IMG/VR virus record: IMGVR_UViG_2617270968_000009 | Coordinates: 1-13,431 of that record | Strand: one strand, 5' to 3' | From: a virus | Taxonomy: Duplodnaviria > Heunggongvirae > Uroviricota > Caudoviricetes | DNA length: 13,431 nt | Shown: positions 1 through 7,302 of the stretch, in pieces | How the letters are laid out: the number at the start of each line of letters is the position of its first letter | How positions within the stretch are numbered: position 1 is the stretch's first letter | Translations under genes and position numbers: made by a program | Notes under the pieces: generated by a model | Told to the model about the DNA's origin: nothing | Databases searched by the model: none | Seen by the model: the letters and a program-made list of their open reading frames with translations, nothing else

Positions 1-1284
1 TTACTTCTTCGCCTCTGCAACCACTTTACTACCCACGCCGCGGTTATTGTATTCCCACATGCGGTTGTAGTTAGTGTCATTCAGATTGCGCTGTATTTCG
101 TCGTTATCATCTACGCTGCCGGTATTACCCGCAAACGGACGATTAGAGATCACCGCATCGGCCCACGGTTTAGCCGTGTTAAAACCTTCGTTGATGGCGC
201 TATCACGGATCACCACCTGACCGTTGGTATTGGCATCAACATCCAGCGAGCGGCCCAGTTGCGCCACACCATCACCGAAAGCATTGAAACGGCTGTTTAC
301 GGCGAGGAAACCGTAGTAAATGTTGGACAGCGTAGCCGGTGCAAACACATACGCTTCTTGCTGAGTACGTGAGTTCACCACGCGGAATTCGGTGTTATCG
401 AACACCACTGCGCCGCGACCAGAAACGATATCCACATCCCCTTCAATGTAGCTGTTGGTCACCAGCGTACGCGGCTGACGATTTGTTTCCAGACGGTTCT
501 GCACACCGCTGTTGGTGACAAAGAAGGTGTTCTGACGACCGAGAATGTTAACGTTGTTAATCTGTACCTGGTCACCATCAGTACGCAGTGCCACCGCCGG
601 ATGGTTACCTGCATCTACGCTATCGCCCAGCGTGTTTTCGATGGTCAGATTTTGCAGTTGCAGGCCATTGTTTTGTGACCAGAAGACCGCAGAGCAGAGA
701 ACACCGATACTGTCGCTGCGTTTGCTCTGGCAGCTATCGTACATATACCACGCTGGTTTACCTGGCATATATTTGCCGCGCGGGTTGACGTCGTGACGCC
801 AGTCGGCAGGGCTCATGCCACCATCAAGGGAAAGCCCAATCTTCACATCAATCGGTTTTTCACCTGTACCGTACAGAGTAATTCCACCCGGAGCGGCAGG
901 GACATATACCGTTCCCTGATACTCACCAGGCATCACGGCAATATACTGGCGCTTGTTGGTACGCTTGATAATTGCCGCATCTACCGCCGCCTGAATCGTG
1001 GTATGCGTTACACCTTGAGTGCCCGCCGGGCCGACAACAAAGTCAGGTTGCGCAGGCAGGGTAATCGGGGAAGGATTCCACGCTGCAGCACCTGGTGTCA
1101 GGGATGCAAAATAGTGTTGAGCATCGAAATTCTGCGCTTCTTTTGCCGACAGAATCGGGCGAGAAGAGGTACCAGGCGCGGTTTGATCAGAAGGACGTTG
1201 ATCGGGCGGGGTTGAGCTACAGGCGGTCAGCGTCACGCCAAAAGCCAATGCCAGCGCCAGACGGGAAACTGAAAATGTGTTCAC
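1..1284 (-). CDS. ybhC: YbhC-like pectinesterase-family outer-membrane lipoprotein (putative acyl-CoA thioesterase); host gene flanking the lambda attachment site
   Basis: 427-aa ORF with GTG start at 1284 and stop at 1-3; N-terminal signal peptide with lipobox LTAC; protein recognised as E. coli YbhC; lies immediately outside attL. Confidence 0.9.
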   Translation of the reverse strand: MNTFSVSRLALALAFGVTLTACSSTPPDQRPSDQTAPGTSSRPILSAKEAQNFDAQHYFASLTPGAAAWNPSPITLPAQPDFVVGPAGTQGVTHTTIQAAVDAAIIKRTNKRQYIAVMPGEYQGTVYVPAAPGGITLYGTGEKPIDVKIGLSLDGGMSPADWRHDVNPRGKYMPGKPAWYMYDSCQSKRSDSIGVLCSAVFWSQNNGLQLQNLTIENTLGDSVDAGNHPAVALRTDGDQVQINNVNILGRQNTFFVTNSGVQNRLETNRQPRTLVTNSYIEGDVDIVSGRGAVVFDNTEFRVVNSRTQQEAYVFAPATLSNIYYGFLAVNSRFNAFGDGVAQLGRSLDVDANTNGQVVIRDSAINEGFNTAKPWADAVISNRPFAGNTGSVDDNDEIQRNLNDTNYNRMWEYNNRGVGSKVVAEAKK

Positions 1285-1309
1285 AGGTTGCTCCGGGCTA
1301 TGAAATAGA

Positions 1310-1420
1310 AAAATGAATCCGTTGAAGCCTGCTTTTTTATACTAAGTTGGCATTATAAAAAAGCATTGCTTATCAATTTGTTGCAACGAACAGGTCACTA
1401 TCAGTCAAAATAAAATCATT
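1310..1420. other. attL: attL (B-O-P'): lambda core GCTTTTTTATACTAA at 1331-1345 with host B arm on the left and phage P' arm on the right
   Basis: Core sequence seen directly; right flank gttggcattataaaaaagcattgcttatcaatttgttgcaacgaacaggtcactatcagtcaaaataaaatcatt matches the lambda P' arm, with an IHF-like site (tATCAAtttgTTG) and arm-type Int sites (aggtcactat, cagtcaaaat) adjacent to the int 3' end. Confidence 0.9.
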
Positions 1421-2489
1421 ATTTGATTTCAATTTTGTCCCACTCCCTGCCTCTGTCATCACGATACTGTGATGCCATGGTGTCCGACTTATGCCCGAGA
1501 AGATGTTGAGCAAACTTATCGCTTATCTGCTTCTCATAGAGTCTTGCAGACAAACTGCGCAACTCGTGAAAGGTAGGCGGATCCCCTTCGAAGGAAAGAC
1601 CTGATGCTTTTCGTGCGCGCATAAAATACCTTGATACTGTGCCGGATGAAAGCGGTTCGCGACGAGTAGATGCAATTATGGTTTCTCCGCCAAGAATCTC
1701 TTTGCATTTATCAAGTGTTTCCTTCATTGATATTCCGAGAGCATCAACATGCAATGCTGTTGGGATGGCAATTTTTACGCCTGTTTTGCTTTGCTCGACA
1801 TAAAGATATCCATCTACGATATCAGACCACTTCATTTCGCATAAATCACCAACTCGTTGCCCGGTAACAACAGCCAGTTCCATTGCAAGTCTGAGCCAAC
1901 ATGGTGATGATTCTGCTGCTAGATAAATTTTCAGGTATTCGTCAGCCGTAAGTCTTGATCTCCTTACCTCTGATTTTGCTGCGCGAGTGGCAGCGACAGG
2001 GTTTGTTGTTATATGGCCTTCAGCTATTGCCTCTCGGAATGCATCGCTCAGTGTTGATCTGATTAACTTGGCTGACGCCGCCTTGCCCTCGTCTATGTAT
2101 CCATTGAGCATTGCCGCAATTTCTTTTGTGGTGATGTCTTCAAGTGGAGCATCAGGCAGCCCCCTCCTTATTGCTTTAATTTTGCTCATGTAATTTATGA
2201 GTGTCTTCTGCTTGATTCCTCTGCTGGCCAGGATTTTTTCGTAGCGATCAAGCCATGAATGTAACGTAACGGAATTATCACTGTTGATTCTCGCTGTCAG
2301 AGGCTTGTGTTTGTGTCCTGAAAATAACTCAATGTTGGCCTGTATAGCTTCAGTGATTGCGATTCGCCTGTCTCTGCCTAATCCAAACTCTTTACCCGTC
2401 CTTGGGTCCCTGTAGCAGTAATATCCATTGTTTCTTATATAAAGGTTAGGGGGTAAATCCCGGCGCTCATGACTTCGCCTTCTTCCCAT
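1419..2489 (-). CDS. int: Integrase, tyrosine recombinase (lambda Int)
   Basis: 356-aa ORF, ATG at 2489; near-identical to remembered lambda Int (MGRRRSHERRDLPPNLYIRNNGYYCYRDPRTGKEF... C-terminal ...SQYRDDRGREWDKIEIK with catalytic Tyr); directly beside attL. Confidence 0.97.
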   Translation of the reverse strand: MGRRRSHERRDLPPNLYIRNNGYYCYRDPRTGKEFGLGRDRRIAITEAIQANIELFSGHKHKPLTARINSDNSVTLHSWLDRYEKILASRGIKQKTLINYMSKIKAIRRGLPDAPLEDITTKEIAAMLNGYIDEGKAASAKLIRSTLSDAFREAIAEGHITTNPVAATRAAKSEVRRSRLTADEYLKIYLAAESSPCWLRLAMELAVVTGQRVGDLCEMKWSDIVDGYLYVEQSKTGVKIAIPTALHVDALGISMKETLDKCKEILGGETIIASTRREPLSSGTVSRYFMRARKASGLSFEGDPPTFHELRSLSARLYEKQISDKFAQHLLGHKSDTMASQYRDDRGREWDKIEIK

Positions 2490-2685
2490 TTCTGATCCTC
2501 TTCAAAAGGCTACCTGTTACTGGTCGATTTAAGTCAACCTTTACCGCTGATTCGTGGAACAGATACTCTCTTCCATCCTTAACCGGAGGTGGGAATATCC
2601 TGCATTCCCGAACCCATCGACGAACTGTTTCAAGGCTTCTTGGACGTCGCTGGCGTGCGTTCCACTCCTGAAGTGTCAAGTACAT
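2467..2685 (-). CDS. xis: Excisionase (lambda Xis)
   Basis: 72-aa ORF MYLTLQEWNARQRRPRSLETVRRWVRECRIFPPPVKDGREYLFHESAVKVDLNRP..., overlapping the int start by 23 nt as in lambda. Confidence 0.95.
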   Translation of the reverse strand: MYLTLQEWNARQRRPRSLETVRRWVRECRIFPPPVKDGREYLFHESAVKVDLNRPVTGSLLKRIRNGKKAKS

Positions 2686-2712
2686 CGCAAAGTCTCCGCA
2701 ATTACACGCAAG

Positions 2713-2732
2713 AAAAAACCGCCATCAGGCGG
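2713..2732 (-). terminator. Intrinsic terminator-like hairpin (ccgccatcaggcgg on the plus strand, followed on the minus strand by a T6 run)
   Basis: GC stem 2719-2732 with U-tract 2713-2718 when read on the minus strand; overlaps the stop of the orf55-like ORF, upstream of xis. Confidence 0.5.
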
Positions 2733-2892
2733 CTTGGTGTTCTTTCAGTTCTTCAATTCGAATATTGGTTACGTCTGCATGCGCTATCTGCGCCCATATC
2801 ATCCAGTGGTTATAGCAGTCGTTGATGTCCTCCGCTTCGATAACCCTGTTGAATGGCTCTCCATTCCATTCACCTGTGACTCGGAAGTGCAT
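2725..2892 (-). CDS. Small hypothetical protein (55 aa) in the xis-ea8.5 interval, lambda orf55-like
   Basis: Hand translation from ATG at 2892: MHFRVTGEWNGEPFNRVIEAEDINDCYNHWMIWAQIAHADVTNIRIEELKEHQAA*; absent from the ORF track because it is under 60 aa; same position as the small ORF annotated between xis and ea8.5 in lambda. Confidence 0.5.
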   Translation of the reverse strand: MHFRVTGEWNGEPFNRVIEAEDINDCYNHWMIWAQIAHADVTNIRIEELKEHQAA

Positions 2893-2980
2893 TTATCATC
2901 TCCAAAAAACAAAACCCGCCGTAGCGAGTTCAGATAAAATAAATCCCCGCGAGTGCGAGGATTGTTATGTAATATTGGGT

Positions 2981-3262
2981 TTAATCATCTATATGTTTTG
3001 TACAGAGAGGGCAAGTATCGTTTCCACCGTACTCGTGATAATAATTTTGCACGGTATCAGTCATTTCTCGCACATTGCAGAATGGGGATTTGTCTTCATT
3101 AGACTTATAAACCTTCATGGAATATTTGTATGCCGACTCTATATCTATACCTTCATCTACATAAACACCTTCGTGATGTCTGCATGGAGACAAGACACCG
3201 GATCTGCACAACATTGATAACGCCCAATCTTTTTGCTCAGACTCTAACTCATTGATACTCAT
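2981..3262 (-). CDS. ea8.5: Ea8.5 protein (lambda early-left accessory gene, function unknown)
   Basis: 93-aa ORF, ATG at 3262, Cys/His-rich; length and position match lambda ea8.5. Confidence 0.85.
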   Translation of the reverse strand: MSINELESEQKDWALSMLCRSGVLSPCRHHEGVYVDEGIDIESAYKYSMKVYKSNEDKSPFCNVREMTDTVQNYYHEYGGNDTCPLCTKHIDD

Positions 3263-3464
3263 TTATAAACTCCTTGCAATGTATGTCGTTTCAGCTAAAC
3301 GGTATCAGCAATGTTTATGTAAAGAAACAGTAAGATAATACTCAACCCGATGTTTGAGTACGGTCATCATCTGACACTACAGACTCTGGCATCGCTGTGA
3401 AGACGACGCGAAATTCAGCATTTTCACAAGCGTTATCTTTTACAAACCCGTATTCCTGCTCATA

Positions 3465-4016
3465 TCACTCTCCTTTGATGCGAATGCCTGTTGCAATGCT
3501 GTTTATGATGCTGTCAGTGCATGGGGTAGAAAGCTGGGCATCTCCAGCAATTCTCATGACCTCAACATCTGCATATCGAATACCGAGGTGTATCAGACCG
3601 GCTATACCTGACTTAAGCCGAGCATTTTCCATAAACAGATCCTTTGCCCGCTGTTTTTCTGCCTCAAGCTCAACGCGCAACTTCCCTACCGTTAACGCAA
3701 TCTCCTCGTTCTCCTGGTCGCGGCGTTTGATGTATTGCTGGTTTCTTTCCAGCTCATCCAGCAGCGCCAAGACGGTAGCGGGATTGGCTGCGGCGATGAA
3801 TTCAGCATTGGCCTGCTGTTCCATTTGGAAATCTTCATCGAAACCGCTTTCTGGATGCGCTCCTTCAATTCTGCAAATAGGAATATATCCAGCAACTTCA
3901 CGATGAATTAGCGCATCATCACCATCAAATCGGCTCTCTCCATATTCGAGCGACCACTCACCACACGTTGCTTTTTCTGCCTTGGCCCGCAGTGCCTGAG
4001 AGTTAATTTCGCTCAC
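3465..4016 (-). CDS. ea22: Ea22-like protein (coiled-coil rich early-left accessory protein)
   Basis: 183-aa ORF with GTG start at 4016 (MSEINSQALRAKAEK...); position after ea8.5 and length (lambda Ea22 is 182 aa) match. Confidence 0.8.
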   Translation of the reverse strand: MSEINSQALRAKAEKATCGEWSLEYGESRFDGDDALIHREVAGYIPICRIEGAHPESGFDEDFQMEQQANAEFIAAANPATVLALLDELERNQQYIKRRDQENEEIALTVGKLRVELEAEKQRAKDLFMENARLKSGIAGLIHLGIRYADVEVMRIAGDAQLSTPCTDSIINSIATGIRIKGE

Positions 4017-4234
4017 TTCGAACCTCTCTGTTTACTGATAAGCTCCAGATCTTCCTGGCAACTTGCACAAGTCCGACAACCCTGAACGGCCAGGCGTCTT
4101 CGCTCATCTATGGGATCGCCACACTCACAACAATGAGTGGCAGATATAGCCTGGTGGTTCAGGCGGCGCATTTTTATTGCTGTATTGCGCTGTAATTCTT
4201 CGATTTCTGATGCTGAATCAATGATGTCTGCCAT
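4013..4234 (-). CDS. TraR/DksA-family C4 zinc-finger protein (lambda Orf73-like)
   Basis: 73-aa ORF with two CxxC pairs (CCECGDPIDERRRLAVQGCRTCASCQ) typical of the TraR/DksA C4 zinc finger; 4-nt overlap with the ea22 start. Confidence 0.75.
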   Translation of the reverse strand: MADIIDSASEIEELQRNTAIKMRRLNHQAISATHCCECGDPIDERRRLAVQGCRTCASCQEDLELISKQRGSK

Positions 4235-4283
4235 CTTTCATTAATCCCTGAATTGTTGGTTAATACGCTTGAGGGTGAATGCG

Positions 4284-4310
4284 AATAATAAAAAAGGAGC
4301 CTGTAGCTCC
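4284..4310 (-). terminator. Intrinsic terminator-like hairpin between the orf61-position ORF and the TraR-like ORF
   Basis: Plus strand ggagc-ctgta-gctcc (4296-4310) preceded by aataataaaaaa, so the minus strand reads hairpin then TTTTTTATTATT. Confidence 0.5.
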
Positions 4311-4332
4311 ATGATGATTTTGTTTTTCATGC

Positions 4333-4614
4333 TCACCGTTCCTTAAAGACGCCGTTTAACATGCCGATCGCCAGGCTTAAATGAGTCGGTGTGAATCCCA
4401 TCAGCGTTACCGTTTCGTGGTGCTTCTTCAGTACGCTACGGCAAATGTCATCGACGTTTTTATCCGGAAACTGCTGTCTGGCTTTTTTGATTTCAGAATT
4501 AGCCTGACGGGCAATGCTGCGAAGGGCGTTTTCCTGCTGAGGTGTCACTGAACAAGCCCCATGTCGGCAAGCATAAGCACACAGAATATGAAGCCCGCTG
4601 CCAGAAAAATGCAT
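4333..4614 (-). CDS. Hypothetical protein at the lambda orf61 position (start uncertain)
   Basis: 93-aa ORF from ATG at 4614. An in-frame ATG at 4644 overlaps the orf63 3' end by 20 nt (the lambda orf61/orf63 arrangement) but is followed by an in-frame TGA at 4615-4617. An internal GTG overlapping the stop of a 27-aa alternate-frame ORF is another possible start. Confidence 0.45.
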   Translation of the reverse strand: MHFSGSGLHILCAYACRHGACSVTPQQENALRSIARQANSEIKKARQQFPDKNVDDICRSVLKKHHETVTLMGFTPTHLSLAIGMLNGVFKER

Positions 4615-4624
4615 TCAGTGGTTG

Positions 4625-4816
4625 TCATACCTGGTCTCTCTCATCTGCTTCTGCTTTCGCCACCATCATTTCCAGCTTTTGTGAAAGGGATGCGGCTAAC
4701 GTATGAAATACTTCGTCTGTTTCTACTGGTATTGGCACAAACCTGACTCCAATTTGAGCGAGGCTATGTGCCATCTCGATACTCGTTCTTAACTCAACGG
4801 GAGATGCTTTGTGCAT
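4625..4816 (-). CDS. Orf63-like small protein (lambda early-left region)
   Basis: 63-aa ORF, ATG at 4816 preceded by GGGGAG Shine-Dalgarno on the minus strand; length and position match lambda orf63. Confidence 0.7.
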   Translation of the reverse strand: MHKASPVELRTSIEMAHSLAQIGVRFVPIPVETDEVFHTLAASLSQKLEMMVAKAEADERDQV

Positions 4817-4985
4817 ACAGCTCCCCGTTTATTATTTATCTCCTCAGCCAGCCGCTGTGCTTTCAGGGGATTTCGGATAACAGAAAGGCCGGGAAATACC
4901 CAGCCTCGCTTTGTAACGGAGTAGACGAAAGTGATCGCGCCTAACAGGCGCAACAGTAACCAGCATAAATCAGGCTGCGGCCAAA

Positions 4986-5162
4986 ATGGCGCGGACAGGA
5001 ATCTTAGTTATTGATGGTAAGGTCTGGCGAACGGTGTATTACCGGTTCGCTACCAGGGAAGAACGGGAAGGAAAGGTGAGCACGAATCTGATTTTCAAGG
5101 AGTGTCGCCAGAGTGCCGCGATGAAGCGGGTGTTGGCATTTTATCGCGGCAATTTTCAATAG
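4986..5162 (+). CDS. Possible small ORF (58 aa), function unknown
   Basis: Hand translation MARTGILVIDGKVWRTVYYRFATREEREGKVSTNLIFKECRQSAAMKRVLAFYRGNFQ*; no convincing Shine-Dalgarno; lies at the boundary between the lambda-like arm and the AT-rich insert. Confidence 0.3.
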   Translation: MARTGILVIDGKVWRTVYYRFATREEREGKVSTNLIFKECRQSAAMKRVLAFYRGNFQ

Positions 5163-5198
5163 ACTATGTACATAAAAATATCATTTTTTAATACATGT

Positions 5199-5390
5199 CT
5201 AATTATTGGACGAAATTGGTTTTTGCTTTGGTTTAGTTAGCCTAGCAATCAAGCCAGAGGCAATAATGATGATCCAAGCAATTTGATGCAATGCTACTCC
5301 AATATAAGAACCTTTATAGATAATAAAGGCATAGATCGCTAGAAACGAAATAAATATCCATAACGAAAGTTGATAAATTTTGGCGCGCAT
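5199..5390 (-). CDS. Small hydrophobic (predicted two-helix membrane) protein, about 63 aa
   Basis: Track ORF 5199-5405 begins at a TTG; the first ATG is at 5390 (MRAKIYQLSLWIFISFLAIYAFIIYKGSYIGVALHQIAWIIIIASGLIARLTKPKQKPISSNN). Two hydrophobic stretches, basic C-terminus, AT-rich codon usage, weak Shine-Dalgarno. Confidence 0.45.
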   Translation of the reverse strand: MRAKIYQLSLWIFISFLAIYAFIIYKGSYIGVALHQIAWIIIIASGLIARLTKPKQKPISSNN

Positions 5391-5646
5391 ATTTAATCCA
5401 ATCAATCAGAAAGACGAGTAATCATAGAGGTACTATCACCCGGGTAACTATTGCTATTATGAACGGATAGGATAGAGGCTTCAATAACATATGCATCAAG
5501 TATGATGGAATATGTAGATGAAAATGACTTGTGTCAAATTTGTGGAAATGAGTACCATGTTTCTCTGAAATTGATGTCGTTAATGGCTAGTGATAGTGAA
5601 CTTTTTTACTTTATAATTCCTTTGGTTATAACAATAAGGTAAATTT

Positions 5647-6207
5647 ATGAAGAAGATAATATTATTAGCCATGATTATTGGTTCTTTAACAGGTTGCGCT
5701 AGTGTGCCACCATTGAATTTTTCAACACCTAACGTGGGAGTTAGCCAGAAAAAAATAGATGCTGAAATTAAGTCATTAACGGTATCACTTGCTCGTCCAG
5801 ATGAGCAGAAAGGGGATATCACTGCTGGTATGGAGGCTATAACTCCAATTTGGCGTGAATCTTTGCAGGAAGCACTCGACCGAATGACTATTTTTCGTGA
5901 TAGTTCACCAAATACGGTTAGCTTAAATGTTAAAGTGTTGGCTCTTGACGTTCCTGCTTTTGGTGTTTCAATGACAACTAAAGCAATTGCAAGGTATGAA
6001 ATAATCAACCGTGCGAATGGTGATATTATATATACGCAGGATATTGAGTCTACCGGTACTGTTCCAGCCAGTTACGCATTCTACGGTATTGTTCGAGCAC
6101 GCGAATCTGTTAATCGCGCGGTGCAAAACAACATAACGCAGTTCTTGCAAGCATTAGAAAGTGTTGATCTTTCTCGTCCAATGTTTCCTGTTAGGGTAGC
6201 TAAATGA
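5647..6207 (+). CDS. Lipoprotein of unknown function (186 aa, signal peptide plus lipobox LTGC)
   Basis: ATG at 5647 with AAGG Shine-Dalgarno 7 nt upstream; N-terminus MKKIILLAMIIGSLTGC is a typical lipoprotein signal; residue after Cys is Ala (no inner-membrane retention Asp); stop overlaps the next start (ATGA at 6204-6207). Confidence 0.8.
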   Translation: MKKIILLAMIIGSLTGCASVPPLNFSTPNVGVSQKKIDAEIKSLTVSLARPDEQKGDITAGMEAITPIWRESLQEALDRMTIFRDSSPNTVSLNVKVLALDVPAFGVSMTTKAIARYEIINRANGDIIYTQDIESTGTVPASYAFYGIVRARESVNRAVQNNITQFLQALESVDLSRPMFPVRVAK

Positions 6208-6656
6208 AGCGATTATTCGTAATTGCTCCACTCTTAGTGTTGGTTGGATGCGCACAAAATATATCGCCAAATAGTTATTCTGTTGGCTCTGTGGGCATGG
6301 TTAATCGAACTATCGCTGGTACAGTTATTAGTGCCAGGGGGGTTGATATCAGTGGGACTTCCGCGTTAGGCGGGACTGCTGGGGCTGCCGTGGGGGCAAC
6401 CGCTGGTTCTGCGCTTGGTGGGGGAGTTCGTTCTAATATCGTTGGTGCCGTTGGTGGTGCGGTCATTGGTGGTATTGCCGGGGCAGCAATCGAATCTTCA
6501 GCAACAAAACAAACAGGCATGGAATATGTTGTCGAAACTGAGAATGGGAATTTAATGACCATTGTTCAAGGCAAAGATCCGTTATTTACTCAAGGAAGTA
6601 AGGTCCTTGTTTTATACGGAAACCCTTCTCGCATAATAACAGACCCGCGTCACTAA
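6204..6656 (+). CDS. Glycine-zipper outer-membrane lipoprotein, SlyB/Pcp-like (150 aa)
   Basis: Lipoprotein signal MKRLFVIAPLLVLVGC; central Gly/Ala-rich glycine-zipper segment (GGTAGAAVGATAGSALGGGV...GAVGGAVIGGIAGAAI) followed by a C-terminal beta-rich tail, the architecture of SlyB/Pcp-family lipoproteins; translationally coupled to the upstream lipoprotein. Confidence 0.8.
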   Translation: MKRLFVIAPLLVLVGCAQNISPNSYSVGSVGMVNRTIAGTVISARGVDISGTSALGGTAGAAVGATAGSALGGGVRSNIVGAVGGAVIGGIAGAAIESSATKQTGMEYVVETENGNLMTIVQGKDPLFTQGSKVLVLYGNPSRIITDPRH

Positions 6657-6748
6657 CATACCTTTTGATTTTGTAAAATCAATTCGTAATAATAAAGTCA
6701 TCGGAGCTTGAACAACTCCGGTGACTTCTGCGCTAAACGGGGACGTTT

Positions 6749-6850
6749 ATGCGCACATACAATCCAAACTCTCTTCTCCCTTCACAGATGCAGAAATGCA
6801 CCTGCGATTTTTTGTATCCTGAGTTTGACCTCTGCGGAGGTGAAGCGTGA
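6749..6850 (+). CDS. Small Cys-containing ORF (33 aa) translationally coupled to ninB/ybcN (possibly ylcH-like)
   Basis: Hand translation [33 protein letters not shown]; stop TGA 6848-6850 overlaps the GTG start of the next gene (GTGA); position matches the small gene upstream of ybcN in DLP12, but the sequence is not confirmed from memory. Confidence 0.45.
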   Translation: MRTYNPNSLLPSQMQKCTCDFLYPEFDLCGGEA

Positions 6851-7302
6851 ACCTCCCACAAGACGGCATCAAATTACATCGCGGCAACTTCACCGCTATC
6901 GGCCAGCAGATCCAGCCTTATCTGGAGGACGGAAAATGCTTTCGCATGGTGCTTAAACCGTGGCGCGAGAGACGCAGTCTTTCCCAGAATGCACTCAGCC
7001 ACATGTGGTACAGCGAAATCAGTGAATACCTCATCAGCAGGGGTAAAACGTTCGCCACTCCAGCTTGGGTAAAAGATGCTCTCAAACACACATATCTCGG
7101 TTATGAAACCAAAGACCTGGTTGATGTCGTAACCGGTGATATCACCACTATCCAGTCGTTACGCCATACCTCCGATCTTGATACCGGAGAGATGTATGTC
7201 TTCCTGTGTAATGTTGAAGCCTGGGCGATGAATATTGGCTGCCACCTGACTATTCCGCCGAGCTGCGAGTTCCAGCTGCTGCGCGATAAGCAGGAGGCGT
7301 AA
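6847..7302 (+). CDS. ybcN: NinB-family recombination protein (DLP12 YbcN-like, DNA base-flipping protein)
   Basis: 151-aa ORF with GTG start and GGAGGTG Shine-Dalgarno; sequence recognised as E. coli YbcN/NinB-like ([13 protein letters not shown] motif region). Confidence 0.85.
   Translation: MNLPQDGIKLHRGNFTAIGQQIQPYLEDGKCFRMVLKPWRERRSLSQNALSHMWYSEISEYLISRGKTFATPAWVKDALKHTYLGYETKDLVDVVTGDITTIQSLRHTSDLDTGEMYVFLCNVEAWAMNIGCHLTIPPSCEFQLLRDKQEA

Noticed and set aside
545-1316. Four plus-strand track ORFs (545-796, 588-788, 793-1215, 1095-1316) inside ybhC
   Set aside because: All are antisense to the clearly recognisable 427-aa ybhC frame, with Arg/Cys-rich low-complexity products; shadow ORFs.
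1670-2193. Plus-strand ORFs 1670-1867 and 1987-2193 inside int
   Set aside because: Antisense to the integrase gene, no ribosome-binding sites; shadow ORFs.
2554-3217. Plus-strand ORFs 2554-2937, 2589-2825 and 2822-3217
   Set aside because: They run antisense across the xis 5' end, the orf55-like ORF and ea8.5; the minus-strand genes match the lambda layout, so these are treated as spurious.
3397-3906. Plus-strand 169-aa ORF and minus-strand 69-aa ORF (3692-3901) overlapping ea22
   Set aside because: Alternate frames of the ea22 region with Ser/Leu-rich composition; ea22 itself fits the expected length and position.
4545-4628. 27-aa minus-strand ORF (MTTTECIFLAAGFIFCVLMLADMGLVQ) coupled to the orf63 stop
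   Set aside because: Too short and unverifiable to call as a gene; recorded only as an alternative reading in the orf61-region finding.
4845-4967. 40-aa minus-strand ORF in the orf60a position
   Set aside because: Does not overlap orf63 as lambda orf60a would and has no clear start context; probably a degraded remnant.
5160-5200. AT-only palindromic segment (atgtacat ... taaaaatatcatttttta ... atacatgt) at the left edge of the AT-rich insert, considered as a possible terminal inverted repeat of a mobile element
   Set aside because: Imperfect, AT-only, and no matching repeat or target-site duplication was found at the right edge of the insert (about 6660-6700); more likely a weak hairpin.
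5580-6562. Minus-strand ORFs 5580-6008, 5968-6150 and 6275-6562 opposite the lipoprotein genes
   Set aside because: Antisense frames; the 6275-6562 product is Pro/Ala-rich simply because it is the complement of Gly codons in the glycine-zipper gene.
6708-7089. Track ORFs 6708-6956 (+), 6874-7089 (-)
   Set aside because: The plus-strand 82-aa ORF is out of frame with and overlaps the recognised ninB/ybcN; the 33-aa coupled ORF plus ninB explains the region better. The minus ORF is antisense to ninB.
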